63,531 nt of DNA, filler included, from Octopus bimaculoides (GCF_001194135.2; 7 parts of 5 records of this genome joined end to end with filler, not necessarily neighbours in it), one strand, 5' to 3'; counted from the whole stretch's first letter, positions 13,164 to 25,012 are shown. Notes: generated by a model not told the origin, from the letters alone. Numbers and translations: made by a program.

Positions 13164-13730
13164 NNNNNNNNNNNNNNNNNNNNNNNNNNNNNNNNNNNNN
13201 NNNNNNNNNNNNNNNNNNNNNNNNNNNNNNNNNNNNNNNNNNNNNNNNNNNNNNNNNNNNNNNNNNNNNNNNNNNNNNNNNNNNNNNNNNNNNNNNNNNN
13301 NNNNNNNNNNNNNNNNNNNNNNNNNNNNNNNNNNNNNNNNNNNNNNNNNNNNNNNNNNNNNNNNNNNNNNNNNNNNNNNNNNNNNNNNNNNNNNNNNNNN
13401 NNNNNNNNNNNNNNNNNNNNNNNNNNNNNNNNNNNNNNNNNNNNNNNNNNNNNNNNNNNNNNNNNNNNNNNNNNNNNNNNNNNNNNNNNNNNNNNNNNNN
13501 NNNNNNNNNNNNNNNNNNNNNNNNNNNNNNNNGTGTGTGATTGCAATGTTTACAAATAACACGGGAAAGATAAATAAATGGTTACCCAGAGTAGCAAAAA
13601 TTCACATAAGTGCCAAGGATGTTACAGCCTACTTATAAAGGTAGAAATTCGGGGTTTAGTGAAATGTTTTTGTATGAAATAGATAAATTAAGAAATGGAG
13701 TTAAATGCAGGTGTTATTCAAATCTTTATA

Positions 13731-13810
13731 TTTCCGACATATGTTTCGAAGAAAACATTGATATTATTCCGGAGGGGTTAAAATGATGTAAAACAATGCA
13801 TCAAGGGAAA
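13731..13810 (-). ncRNA. Decayed hammerhead-like motif
   Basis: Minus strand reads UUUCC CUUGAUG CAUUG..CAAUGUUUUCUUC GAAAC AUAU GUC GGAAA. Stem I is a perfect 5 bp and stem III is palindromic, but the CUGAUGA box is damaged. Confidence 0.5.
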
Positions 13811-14128
13811 AAAGAGAAACAAAACGCATCAATAAGACATTTTAACCGAGTGTGATTACTACATATATGATGAAGGGAACGCTGGTACGTTATTTTTTTT
13901 TAAAAAAACGTTAATAGATCTGACGTCAAAGGCAATTTATAGACAGACTGGTAGCAATCACTTATAGGAACTAAAACTTCACCTTTTAATAATATTGCAA
14001 CATTTTCAAAAACTTGACAAATTCTTCGGATTCTTTAAAAATATATCAATCTCCTCTATACACCATCAGTAAAATCGACGAAAAAAATCAATCTATTTTA
14101 GTTTATAATTACGTATTCATTTGGTGGA

Positions 14129-14354
14129 GGCGCAATGGTCCAGTGGTTAGGGCAGCGGACTCGCGGTCATAGGATCGCAGTTTCGAGTCCCAGACAGGGC
14201 GTTGTAAGTGTTTATTGAGCGAAAATACCTAAAGCTCCACGAGGCTCTGGCAGGGAGTGGTGGTGAACTCTGCTGTACTCTTTCACCACAACTTTCTCTC
14301 ACTCTTACTTCCTGTTTCTGTTGTGCCTGTAATTCAAAGGGTCAGCCTTGTCAC
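14129..14354 (+). mobile_element. Family B SINE, 5' half cut by gap
   Basis: Begins GGCGCAATGGTCCAGTGGTTAGGGCAGCGGACTCGCGG. Confidence 0.9.
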
Positions 14355-14974
14355 NNNNNNNNNNNNNNNNNNNNNNNNNNNNNNNNNNNNNNNNNNNNNN
14401 NNNNNNNNNNNNNNNNNNNNNNNNNNNNNNNNNNNNNNNNNNNNNNNNNNNNNNNNNNNNNNNNNNNNNNNNNNNNNNNNNNNNNNNNNNNNNNNNNNNN
14501 NNNNNNNNNNNNNNNNNNNNNNNNNNNNNNNNNNNNNNNNNNNNNNNNNNNNNNNNNNNNNNNNNNNNNNNNNNNNNNNNNNNNNNNNNNNNNNNNNNNN
14601 NNNNNNNNNNNNNNNNNNNNNNNNNNNNNNNNNNNNNNNNNNNNNNNNNNNNNNNNNNNNNNNNNNNNNNNNNNNNNNNNNNNNNNNNNNNNNNNNNNNN
14701 NNNNGTTTCAGATTAACAACTCTTGATCGGAAAAGAATAACTCAGGGTATTGGAAGTATAAGCCTTTTAGTTATAAATTATTGAAAAATACTGAACACTT
14801 ATGTTTTGAGACCTGTAATTTATCGCTTCTGGTGCATCAACAATTAAGTAAACATAATAATTACGTGTGTGTGTGTGCGCGCGTCTATTTATATACAGTG
14901 CCCCAGCATGGCATCAGTCTGTTGGCTGAAACTATTAAAAGATAAAAGATATATATGTGTGTATTCTTCTATTC

Positions 14975-15629
14975 TTTTATTCCTTTACTTGTTTCAGTCA
15001 TTTGACTGCAGCCATGCTGGAGCACCGCCATAAAGGTTTTTTTTTTTAGTCGAACAAATTGACCCTAGCTCTTATTTTTAAGCCTCGTACTTATTCTATC
15101 GGCCGCTTTTGCCGAACCGCTATGTTGCAGGGACATCAACGGTTGTCACAGACGCAAAGACACACACTCACACACATACACACGCACATAGATATGTCCA
15201 TGTGTGTATATATATATGTACACAGGCTTCTTTCAGCTTCCTTATTTCTTTATTGCCTACAAGGGGCTAAAAACAGAGGGAACAAACAAGGGCAGACAAA
15301 GGGATTAAGTCGATTACATCAACCTTAGTGCGTAACTGGTACTTACTTTATCGACCCCGAAAGGATAAAAGGCAAAGTCGACCTCGGCGGAATTTGAACT
15401 CAGAACTTAGCGGCAGACGAAAGACCGCTAAGAATTTCGCCCGGCGTGCTAACGTTTCTGCCAGCTCGCCGCCTCTTTCAGTTTCCGTCTACCAATTCCA
15501 CTCATAAAGCTTTGTTCGGCTCGAGGCTATAGTAGAAAACACTCGACCAAAGTGCCACGCAGTGGGACTGAACCCGTAACCATCTGGTTGAGAAGCAAGC
15601 TTCTAACCACACAGCCACGCCTGCACCTA
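14975..15629 (-). mobile_element. Family A SINE interrupted by a family C SINE
   Basis: A tail at 14975-15241, insert at 15242-15474, A head and core at 15475-15629. Confidence 0.9.
15242..15474 (-). mobile_element. tRNA-derived SINE, family C, full length with 12-bp TSD
   Basis: Head GGCGGCGAGCTGGCAGAAACGTTAGC..GAGTTCAAATTCC. TSD CTTTCAG[C/T]TTCC at 15230-15241 and 15475-15486. Confidence 0.9.
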
Positions 15630-15644
15630 AGAAACAGATAAACA

Positions 15645-16255
15645 CTCAAAATACAAATATCTGGAAATAGAGATACCCCGAATATAGAACTTAAAAACCG
15701 AAACAATCCTTATAATGATAAGTGTATTTGGTATGATTAAAATTGTACAGACACATGCATAATCAAAACACAAGGATATGACTGTCCCAATCGACAGAAA
15801 TGTATCTCTCAGGGCCTACCAAAAACTGAGCAAGTATAAAGATCTTGAAATAGAAACTGGCAAAATGTAGAACCTCAAGACTAAAACAATACCTGTTGTC
15901 ATAGGTGTCCTAGGAAAGATAGCAAAAGGGGCTGATTCCTATCTGGCTCAGATACCAGAACACCCCCAAAATGGCAGAACTTCAAAAGATAGTGCTCATG
16001 GGAACTGCCCATATCCTACGTAAAATACTGTCTATGTAATCTCAAATTTTAAAACAAACATAGTTTTCTTATGGTTACTTAAGCATTCTCTAGAACAATA
16101 CTATGTACAAATCCAAATATATAGTACCCTAGGCATAACACCAGCATGAACTTCTAACTTGCTGTCTCTTGAGGTCTCTGGGTGAGACTTGGAGCCAACT
16201 TGTACAAATGCAAAACAAAAGTCAAACATAATAATAATAATAATAATAATAATAA
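15645..16255 (+). mobile_element. 3' end of an R4/Dong-like RLE non-LTR retrotransposon with (AAT)n tail
   Basis: DMTVPIDRNVS..KLSKYKDLEIE..KTIPVVIGVLG..LQKIVLMGTAHILRKILSM*, stop at 16037-16039, then 3' UTR and (AAT)n. Confidence 0.85.
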
Positions 16256-16653
16256 AGCATTGGAAGTTTTGGGGAGGGGGTAGTCGATTACATCGATCCT
16301 AGCGTTCAAANNNNNNNNNNNNNNNNNNNNNNNNNNNNNNNNNNNNNNNNNNNNNNNNNNNNNNNNNNNNNNNNNNNNNNNNNNNNNNNNNNNNNNNNNN
16401 NNNNNNNNNNNNNNNNNNNNNNNNNNNNNNNNNNNNNNNNNNNNNNNNNNNNNNNNNNNNNNNNNNNNNNNNNNNNNNNNNNNNNNNNNNNNNNNNAACA
16501 ACAACAACAACAATGATAATAATGATGATGATGAGGATGATGATGATAATAGTAATGATAATAATAAATATAACAATAGTAATAATAGTAATAACAATAA
16601 TAATAACAATAGCAATAATAATAATAATGATAATGGTAATAATAAAAATGATG

Positions 16654-16764
<111 letters not shown>

Positions 16765-16829
16765 GCAATAATAGTAAGGAGAAAGGCTAGACAAACGTAG
16801 AGAAAAATATTGAAAGCTCTTCACTAGCA

Positions 16830-17030
16830 ATATCTCATGGTATTTACGGAATTACTGATCATGTGTTTGTCTTAAGAATATAATCTCAGATGGGAAACAC
16901 AAGGAACAGTTATGGCGTCTGACAACCAACTGTTGTGAGGATACAACACGAGAAATATCTGCATCTGTTCTGTAGGCTATGCGGAGTGGAGCAGTAACAA
17001 AGGAAAACATTATTAGATCTTGATCCAAGT
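16830..17030 (+). mobile_element. Possible highly decayed LINE (RTE-like) RT fragment
   Basis: ITDHVFVLRI and HKEQLWRL resemble RT domain 2-3 motifs, but the match is short and broken. Confidence 0.25.
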
Positions 17031-17740
17031 GAACACACAATAAAAAAAAATAAAAGTATAACTTGATAATGTAGGAAAAGATAGTCCATTGGCAATTGTG
17101 TAAAACATTCAAAAACTTTGTGTTTCATCTTATATCAGAATTATATAAAACGAAGGGAAGGAAAGATTCGTGGTATTTTTTAATATCTACATAGCGAAAG
17201 GTAGTTTCAGCCAGAGGAAGACTAGACATTTTGATTACAGAGTTATAAACAAATATTGTTATCCCAGTAGTTGTTTCGCCCTTAGACAGAAGAGAGAATA
17301 AGAGAATGTATCAGGAAATAATAATGAAACACACGAAGACAAGGAGACAGCTTTATTCCATCCAAAGAAATATACTGTAATATTCATTCTATTATGGAAC
17401 CAAAATACTTTGAAATAAGGTAGTTTCTAATAGAATAAGGAATATAAATACGGCTATAGGGAAAGTAAACTCGGAATTGTTACATAAAAATCGATAACCA
17501 AATATGCATTCGTATATTAAATGGTGAATGATGTAGGCTATCAGAAATAATCTCTGGACAAACGAGATTAGGCACAGGCATGGGTTTGGGGTTAAGTAAT
17601 GATCAAAGAAGTGTTATCGGGTTCGATCCTATGACGAAATATTTTTCGAAGTGACTTTTAAACCATAATGATTGCTCCGCACGAACACTGATAATAACAT
17701 TTGAACATCGGAAATTATGGATGCATTCTAATTATTTTAT

Positions 17741-17795
17741 ATTAGGGACCCAAAGCTTTGGTTCGTTTTCTTGCAAAAATCTCATCAGTGGATGT
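17741..17795 (-). ncRNA. Decayed hammerhead-like motif
   Basis: Minus strand reads CUGAUGA GAUUUUUGCAAGAAAAC GAAC CAAAG CUUUG GGUC. Stem III is palindromic, but stem I is not evident. Confidence 0.3.
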
Positions 17796-18084
17796 CCTTA
17801 GTGGGTGGCCACACAAATATCCTAAAAATATGTAATTTTTTTCCTGACTAAGCAACACTACAATCCTAGGAAATAGAGCACAAGGGTCATTACTTGATTG
17901 GTGCGATTTCTAGTTAATCTACCTAATGAATTGAGGACATTTAGTATCAAGCTACACTTAATCCCAACTCCTACTAAAGTCAATAAGATTGATCAATCAT
18001 TCATCAGTTGCTTTGATCAGGGGAGCACAAGCGTTCGACAAACATTCAATCGGTTTAAATTGGATAAAATGAAATATTGATTAA

Positions 18085-18475
18085 TTGTATGGTAGTGTCG
18101 GTGTTGTGTATGGTAGTTTTGTTGTACTGTATGGTAGTGTTGGTGTGGGGGAATAGTAGTGTTGGTTTGGTGTATAATAGTGTTAGTGTGGTGTATGGTA
18201 CTATCGCTGTGGTGTATGGTAGTGTTGGTGTGTTGTATGGTAGTGTTAGTGTGGTGTGTGATGGGGCTGGTGTTGTGTATAGTAATGTATTTGTGGTGTA
18301 TGGTAGTGTTAGTGTGCTGTATGGTAGTGTTGATGTGGTGTATGGTAGTGTTGTTGTGGTGTATGGTAGTTGTGGTGTGGTGTATGGTAGTGTTGGTGTG
18401 GTGTATGGTAGTGTTGGTGTGGTATATGGCAGTATTGCTATGGTGTATGGTGTAGTGTATGGTAGTATATGGTAG
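18085..18475 (+). repeat. 21-bp minisatellite (GGTAGTGTTGGTGTGGTGTAT)
   Basis: About 18 units. It explains the 7-aa-periodic ORFs on both strands. Confidence 0.9.
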
Positions 18476-18620
18476 TGTTAGAAAGGCATCTAGCTGTAAA
18501 AATCCTGTCAAAACAGTCACAGAAGTCTGGTGTAGGTTTCTGTCTGGCCAGCTCTTGTGAAACCATCTCACCCATGCTAGCATGGAAAGCAGACCGTTAA
18601 CAATGGTGATGATGATGATG
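18476..18620 (+). mobile_element. RTE-like 3' tail fragment ending in (GAT)n
   Basis: AGAAAGGCATCTAGCTGTAAAA..CCCATGCTAGCATGGAAAG. Homologous to 57870-58020. Confidence 0.65.
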
Positions 18621-18703
18621 GAAAATATATATACACGCACATATATACATACATATATATACTATATATACACACACACATATATACATATATACATATA
18701 TAA

Positions 18704-18740
<37 letters not shown>

Positions 18741-19792
18741 NNNNNNNNNNNNNNNNNNNNNNNNNNNNNNNNNNNNNNNNNNNNNNNNNNNNNNNNNNNN
18801 NNNNNNNNNNNNNNNNNNNNNNNNNNNNNNNNNNNNNNNNNNNNNNNNNNNNNNNNNNNNNNNNNNNNNNNNNNNNNNNNNNNNNNNNNNNNNNNNNNNN
18901 NNNNNNNNNNNNNNNNNNNNNNNNNNNNNNNNNNNNNNNNNNNNNNNNNNNNNNNNNNNNNNNNNNNNNNNNNNNNNNNNNNNNNNNNNNNNNNNNNNNN
19001 NNNNNNNNNNNNNNNNNNNNNNNNNNNNNNNNNNNNNNNNNNNNNNNNNNNNNNNNNNNNNNNNNNNNNNNNNNNNNNNNNNNNNNNNNNNNNNNNNNNN
19101 NNNNNNNNNNNNNNNNNNNNNNNNNNNNNNNNNNNNNNNNNNNNNNNNNNNNNNNNNNNNNNNNNNNNNNNNNNNNNNNNNNNNNNNNNNNNNNNNNNNN
19201 NNNNNNNNNNNNNNNNNNNNNNNNNNNNNNNNNNNNNNNNNNNNNNNNNNNNNNNNNNNNNNNNNNNNNNNNNNNNNNNNNNNNNNNNNNNNNNNNNNNN
19301 NNNNNNNNNNNNNNNNNNNNNNNNNNNNNNNNNNNNNNNNNNNNNNNNNNNNNNNNNNNNNNNNNNNNNNNNNNNNNNNNNNNNNNNNNNNNNNNNNNNN
19401 NNNNNNNNNNNNNNNNNNNNNNNNNNNNNNNNNNNNNNNNNNNNNNNNNNNNNNNNNNNNNNNNNNNNNNNNNNNNNNNNNNNNNNNNNNNNNNNNNNNN
19501 NNNNNNNNNNNNNNNNNNNNNNNNNNNNNNNNNNNNNNNNNNNNNNNNNNNNNNNNNNNNNNNNNNNNNNNNNNNNNNNNNNNNNNNNNNNNNNNNNNNN
19601 NNNNNNNNNNNNNNNNNNNNNNNNNNNNNNNNNNNNNNNNNNNNNNNNNNNNNNNNNNNNNNNNNNNNNNNNNNNNNNNNNNNNNNNNNNNNNNNNNNNN
19701 NNNNNNNNNNNNNNNNNNAACAACAACAGACGAGGACAGGTGGTGTAAAAAACAAAAGGATGTATTAGTATGACGCTCGGGAATACGGAAAG

Positions 19793-19829
19793 TCTTTAAC
19801 GTTTCGAGCTACGCTCTTCAACAGAAAGA
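19793..19829 (-). ncRNA. Minimal type I hammerhead motif with intact stems (A6U core variant)
   Basis: Minus strand reads UCUUU CUGUUGA A GAGC GUA GCUC GAAAC GUU AAAGA. Stem I is 5/5, stem II is 4/4, and stem III is the loopless palindrome ACGU. Confidence 0.75.
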
Positions 19830-20313
19830 ATACGGAGACAAGGAGAAAAACACGGAGAAAAAAATTGAATAGTGTTCAGTCAACGGTCAATCATAGTAAT
19901 GGCTGACCGGAAGTTAGAAATTTTACACAGGAGAGCTAAGAAAAGGGGGAGATAACAAAGGGGGAGAAAGAACGGTGATCGAAGAACGAGGGACTGTGTG
20001 TGTGAGAGATAGAATGCTGATGATCTTGACGTATGTATGTGTGAAAATGGGGAGGGGAGAAAGGAGTTGGNNNNNNNNNNGAAAGAGAGAGAGAGAGAAA
20101 TTATGAGTAAGAGGTTATGTAACCGTCTAAGGGATAAATGTATCCATAAGCTCTACTGATGTATTACCTATGTATAGGCCTTGCTGTAAGGTTGGTAATT
20201 TGAAGGGTAAACCGTGGTTTAATATATTCAGATAAGAGAAGAAATGGAGCAACATGTAACAATTAGAAGTTGATCATTCATATTGAATGATCATAGTTTA
20301 ATTATGGTTAAGA

Positions 20314-20399
20314 TAACATTTACAGCTGTTTCAGTTTGATGTTTTTTAGGTAAACTTGCATTTATCTCATTCCATGTAACAAACATCATCAGGATGCTA
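20314..20399 (-). ncRNA. Hammerhead-like motif with long stem II
   Basis: Minus strand reads UAGCAUC CUGAUGA ..long U-rich/A-rich stem.. GAAAC AGCU GUA AAUGUUA. The core is canonical and stem I pairs 6/7. Confidence 0.6.
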
Positions 20400-20830
20400 T
20401 CAGCTTTCAACGGAGTCTAGACAGCTTTCTTCAAAGAATACCAGACAAGCCACCCATATCTGGATACAACTCACTCAATAAGAACTCACTACTTGAATGG
20501 ACCATAGACCAAACTTGACTGTAAAAAGGATTTAGATAATCTTATCAGGTGGTGCTATTGGTCGAAACAAATCTAAGTCTTTTNNNNNNNNNNNNNNNNN
20601 NNNNNNNNNNNNNNNNNNNNNNNNNNNNNNNNNNNNNNNNNNNNNNNNNNNNNNNNNNNNNNNNNNNNNNNNNNNNNNNNNNNNNNNNNNNNNNNNNNNN
20701 NNNNNNNNNNNNNNNNNNNNNNNNNNNNNNNNNNNNNATATACATATTTTTCAAATGTACAGAAACCAAACAACACACAATCAGATGAGGGAACAAGCAG
20801 GTGTGTTTGACGCGTAGTGAAGACGGAAGT

Positions 20831-20866
20831 GTTTGAATTTTCGAGCCTACGCTTTTCGACAGAAAG
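20831..20866 (-). ncRNA. Degenerate relative of the 19793-19829 hammerhead
   Basis: Minus strand reads CUUU CUGUCGA AAAGC GUAG GCUC GAAA AUUC AAAC. Confidence 0.5.
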
Positions 20867-21140
20867 GGGTGAGAAGTATAAATGGAGATAATTAGAGGAA
20901 GATACAAAAGAGTGAGGGAGGGGGTGAAAAAGAGAAATTGAGGGAGAGAGATGGAGAGAGGAGGTAGAGAGTGCGAGAGGAGAGATAGAGAAAGATGAAA
21001 ACGGCGAAAGGAAATAATTGTCGGCATTAACAGTTCCTCAAGTTGAAGTAACCGGAAGAACGAAGTCGATGGAAGGGGAGATAACAGTGATCCAATTGAA
21101 AACACGGATGCTCAAGCGCACCTTTGTAGTGGGGATGGCT

Positions 21141-21187
<47 letters not shown>

Positions 21188-21339
21188 CGTGCGCGCGCGT
21201 ATTTGTGTGTGGCAGAAACGCCAGTTTGGGTGCGCACACACTCGCGTTTGCCCCCGTCCCGCACACACGAAATAAATAGGAAATAAGGGTAATACTAAAA
21301 TTACTACAAATAGAATAGAAACTCTGCCAGAAATGGGAA

Positions 21340-21850
21340 TTTGAAGTTGGAAACACATGTTACAATCATCGAGTCGAAGAGTACTGGAAATGTAAGATTT
21401 GTGGGGGACTTTCCTATTCAAACAGACAAGAAATTAAAAAATAATAGACCAGAAACAACAATTATAAATAAGGAAAATGAGGTTGCGTATTTATCGACAC
21501 ATCATGGCCGTTTGATTCCAGAATCGTAAAGAAGGAGGAAGAAAAAGAAAGTAAAAAAATTATACAATCCCTTAAGATCTGAAATAGGAAGAATTTGGGG
21601 CATGTGAAGAGTAAATAATTGCTGCGCTGTAAGCAAAAGTATAGACAAATGACTGAAGGAGATTGAAACAGAATGCCCGGTAGAGCTCCCACACAAAGTC
21701 TGTCTGTTAGGGACAGCAAGGATTATCAAGAGGGTCCTAAGGAGTTGAACGACTGCTGAAAACTTGTAGATGCCTAAGGCTACAGGTAGTAAACCGGTAT
21801 CCACATAATTCCCACCAGGAATAAGACCGAACCTGAGCTAAACCAAAATA
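21340..21850 (+). mobile_element. 3' end of an R4/Dong-like RLE element
   Basis: FVGDFPIQTDKKLKNNRPETTIINKE..KVCLLGTARIIKRVLRS*, stop at 21746-21748, followed by 3' UTR and a triplet array. Confidence 0.8.
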
Positions 21851-21860
21851 ATTATAATAA

Positions 21861-21878
21861 TGGTGGTGGTGGTGGTGG

Positions 21879-21938
<60 letters not shown>

Positions 21939-21957
21939 CGACGACGACGACGATAGC

Positions 21958-22052
<95 letters not shown>
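21861..22052 (+). repeat. Compound triplet microsatellite GGT-GAT-GAC-AAC-AAT
   Basis: Read directly from the sequence. Confidence 0.97.
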
Positions 22053-22053
<1 letters not shown>

Positions 22054-25012
22054 TACTCACAAGAATATACTGCTGAGAATCGTGAAAGAATCGAGATAGA
22101 TTGTTTAAACGGTGAAGACCTGACTATTAATCAGGATTTTGAATCTATTAAATTTATGTGCAACTTCAAAAAGGCTGACCAATAGAGACTAAATTAAGCG
22201 ACAAGTAAAGTTAATAATGTATTGAATCATATTAAAACAAAGAACGACACACAAACAAATAAAAGTCATCAAGACTGCAAGTAGGATTGTTACAGAAAGG
22301 ATAAGATTGGAGACCAATGAGAACAGAACATTGATCAAAAGAAAAGGAAATAAACAAGCTTGGTAGAAAAGAAGAATATCAGAAGATGTAAGCTCCCTGA
22401 ACAATGTAGTGTCAATACTTGACAGGAAAAGAAGAGGAGAATTGAAGAATGATCGCAAATTTGAAAAATTAAAGATGTATAATGTTGATACAAAAGACTG
22501 AATGTTGTAATTGGAAAACTGAAGCAGCGCATTCTTGCCAAGAAAGCAAAGCTCACTAGATTTGAACAACGGATTAAAAGATAGCGAGAAAAGCAATTGC
22601 TTAAAATCAGCCAAAGAGTATTTTATCAAGAAATTAAAGATGACTTAGAACGTGAATGATTAGTTCCTGATGCTGATGGAAGTCGACAGTTTGGGAGTAA
22701 GATATGGAGTAAGCAATAACAGCACAATACTGGAGCTGAATGGCTCTGCAGCCTGAAGCAGACAAATTCTTATCTTCAGCAAGATTCTATTCTCTTACCG
22801 AAGACAGTATCAAAAATATAAGCAAAAACATGAGCAACTGGAAAACAGCAGGACCTGATGGAGTACAGGAATTTTTGATAAAAAGAAGTTCAGTAGGTGC
22901 CATAAATTGACTGCAGAGCAATTTAATGCATTGATTGATGGAGAAGAAATCCCGCGGTGGTTGATCGAAGGAAAAGCAATTTTGTACTCGGAGGATGTAT
23001 CGAAAGGAAATGCTGCCGACAATTACAGGTCAATTTCTTGCCTTTCATTAATGTGGAAGTCACTGTCTGGAGGGACTGCAGGAGAAATGTTGATAACATC
23101 TTACCATTGGAACAAAAAGTTGCAGTGGTACCAAAGACCAATTATTGATAGTCAAATTTGTCGTGTAAGATTGTAAGCGAAGGAAGACAAATTTGGGAAT
23201 GGCCTGAATTGATTATCGCAAACCTTAAAATTTGATTCTGCATTTGTAGATCATTGAGTGTGTAGATATGCTTGGAATTTGCTAGGAATGTAACATGTTT
23301 TTTGAAGAAAAGTATGGTGGAGGTGGAAAACTGAGTTGGCATCGTACAGACAGAGCTTTGGCACTCTGGGCATCAGAAGGTTTTTCAAGGAGATAACTTA
23401 TCTCCATTGCTTTTTATACTTTGTATGATCCCTCTGACTTTGGTGCTGAGGAAAGTGAACCTGGGATATCGGCTAAAGGGAAAATCTCAAACAATCAATC
23501 ACCTCCTCTTCATGGATAGTTTGAAGTTGTATGGCAAGGATGAAGTACAAGTGAGGACCTTAGTGATCACGGTCCACCGCTTTGGTGCTGATGTTAGGAT
23601 GGAATTTGAACTCAAGAAGTGTGGCGTAATGAGCCTGAAAAGAGACAAGGTACAGTACCTGGCATGGATAGAATTACAAAATAGAGAACTGATTAAACAA
23701 ATTGAAAAGAAATGCTATAAATCATGAAGAAGGAAAGGAAAGAACAGCTGAAAAAAGAATATTTCCGAAGACTATGATTGGAGCTACTTTCAAAATTAAA
23801 CTGGACTGAATAAAATCCATAGCGTTAGCGTCGCTTCGGTATGGAGCTGGAATCGGAAGCATTAGAAAGAACTAATGAGCATATATATACGAAGACACAG
23901 AAAATATTGACAGTACACGGAGCATTCCATCTCAAGAGTGAAACCGATAGATTATACTTGTTCAGAAGATAGGGTGGCAGAGGTTTAATCAGTTGCCATG
24001 ATTATGTTGAAGCAGAAAAAAGCAGCTTAGAGTGGCATGTAAAAAATGCCATGGAATCATTGTTGAAACGTGAAGAAGTCTGGCATCATCAAAATTAATA
24101 ATTGTATGAAGAAAGAAAAACTTATGGAGAAAAAAGATCACTTAAAAAGAAATAGTATGGAAAGAAAATATATACGGTCAGTTTGGAAGAGATATGAGCG
24201 ACAAGATAGATACAGAATGCCGTTGGTTACGGATGCAGAGAAGTGACCTGGGGGTAGAGACTGAAGCATTTAATGTGCAGTACAAGAACAAGCGTTAAGG
24301 ACGAACTATATGAAGTGTAAAATTGACAACAAAACTGGGAGTAACGAATGCAGAATGTGTGGCGAGAAGGCTGAAACAGTGTGGCCCATTGTTAGTCAAC
24401 CGCCGAAATTAGCACAACGCGTATATAAACGACATGACAACGTAGCAAGAATGATCCGTTGAGGGCTCTGCGGAAATTACAGCCCACAAAGAGGAAATAC
24501 GTTCTTAGAAGTTGTTACTGCTAAACCCTGTGGAATGCAATGATTCAGTGTGACCATCAGATCAGATATCGGAAACCTGACATTCTTGTGGTGAACGAAA
24601 AAGAAAAAAAAAAAAAAACTTGCATGATAATCGACATAGCCTGTCCCGAAAAGATGTTATCACCTATGTATTTACTGCTTGGATTTTATTCCATTCAGTC
24701 AATGAGAAAGAAGAAACAATGAAGAGCTATGACGGTTTGAAGTGGGTAATAGGCAGGTTGTGTGCAATGAAGAAAGTAAACATGATAAGAACAGTAATTA
24801 GCGCGCTTGGAAGTTTCAGCACTTAAAAAACATGGGTAAAAATGTAAAGATAGAACACCTACAAAAATCATCATTGCTTGGAACTGTAAGAATTCTTCGC
24901 AGGGTTCTTGAAGCTTGACCAGTAAACTAATGTCACCTTGGTCTGCTGGCTGAGGACAGCTGATACTTTCCATCATAACCAGCATAATAAGCTAAGAGTT
25001 TTCCTCAAATAT

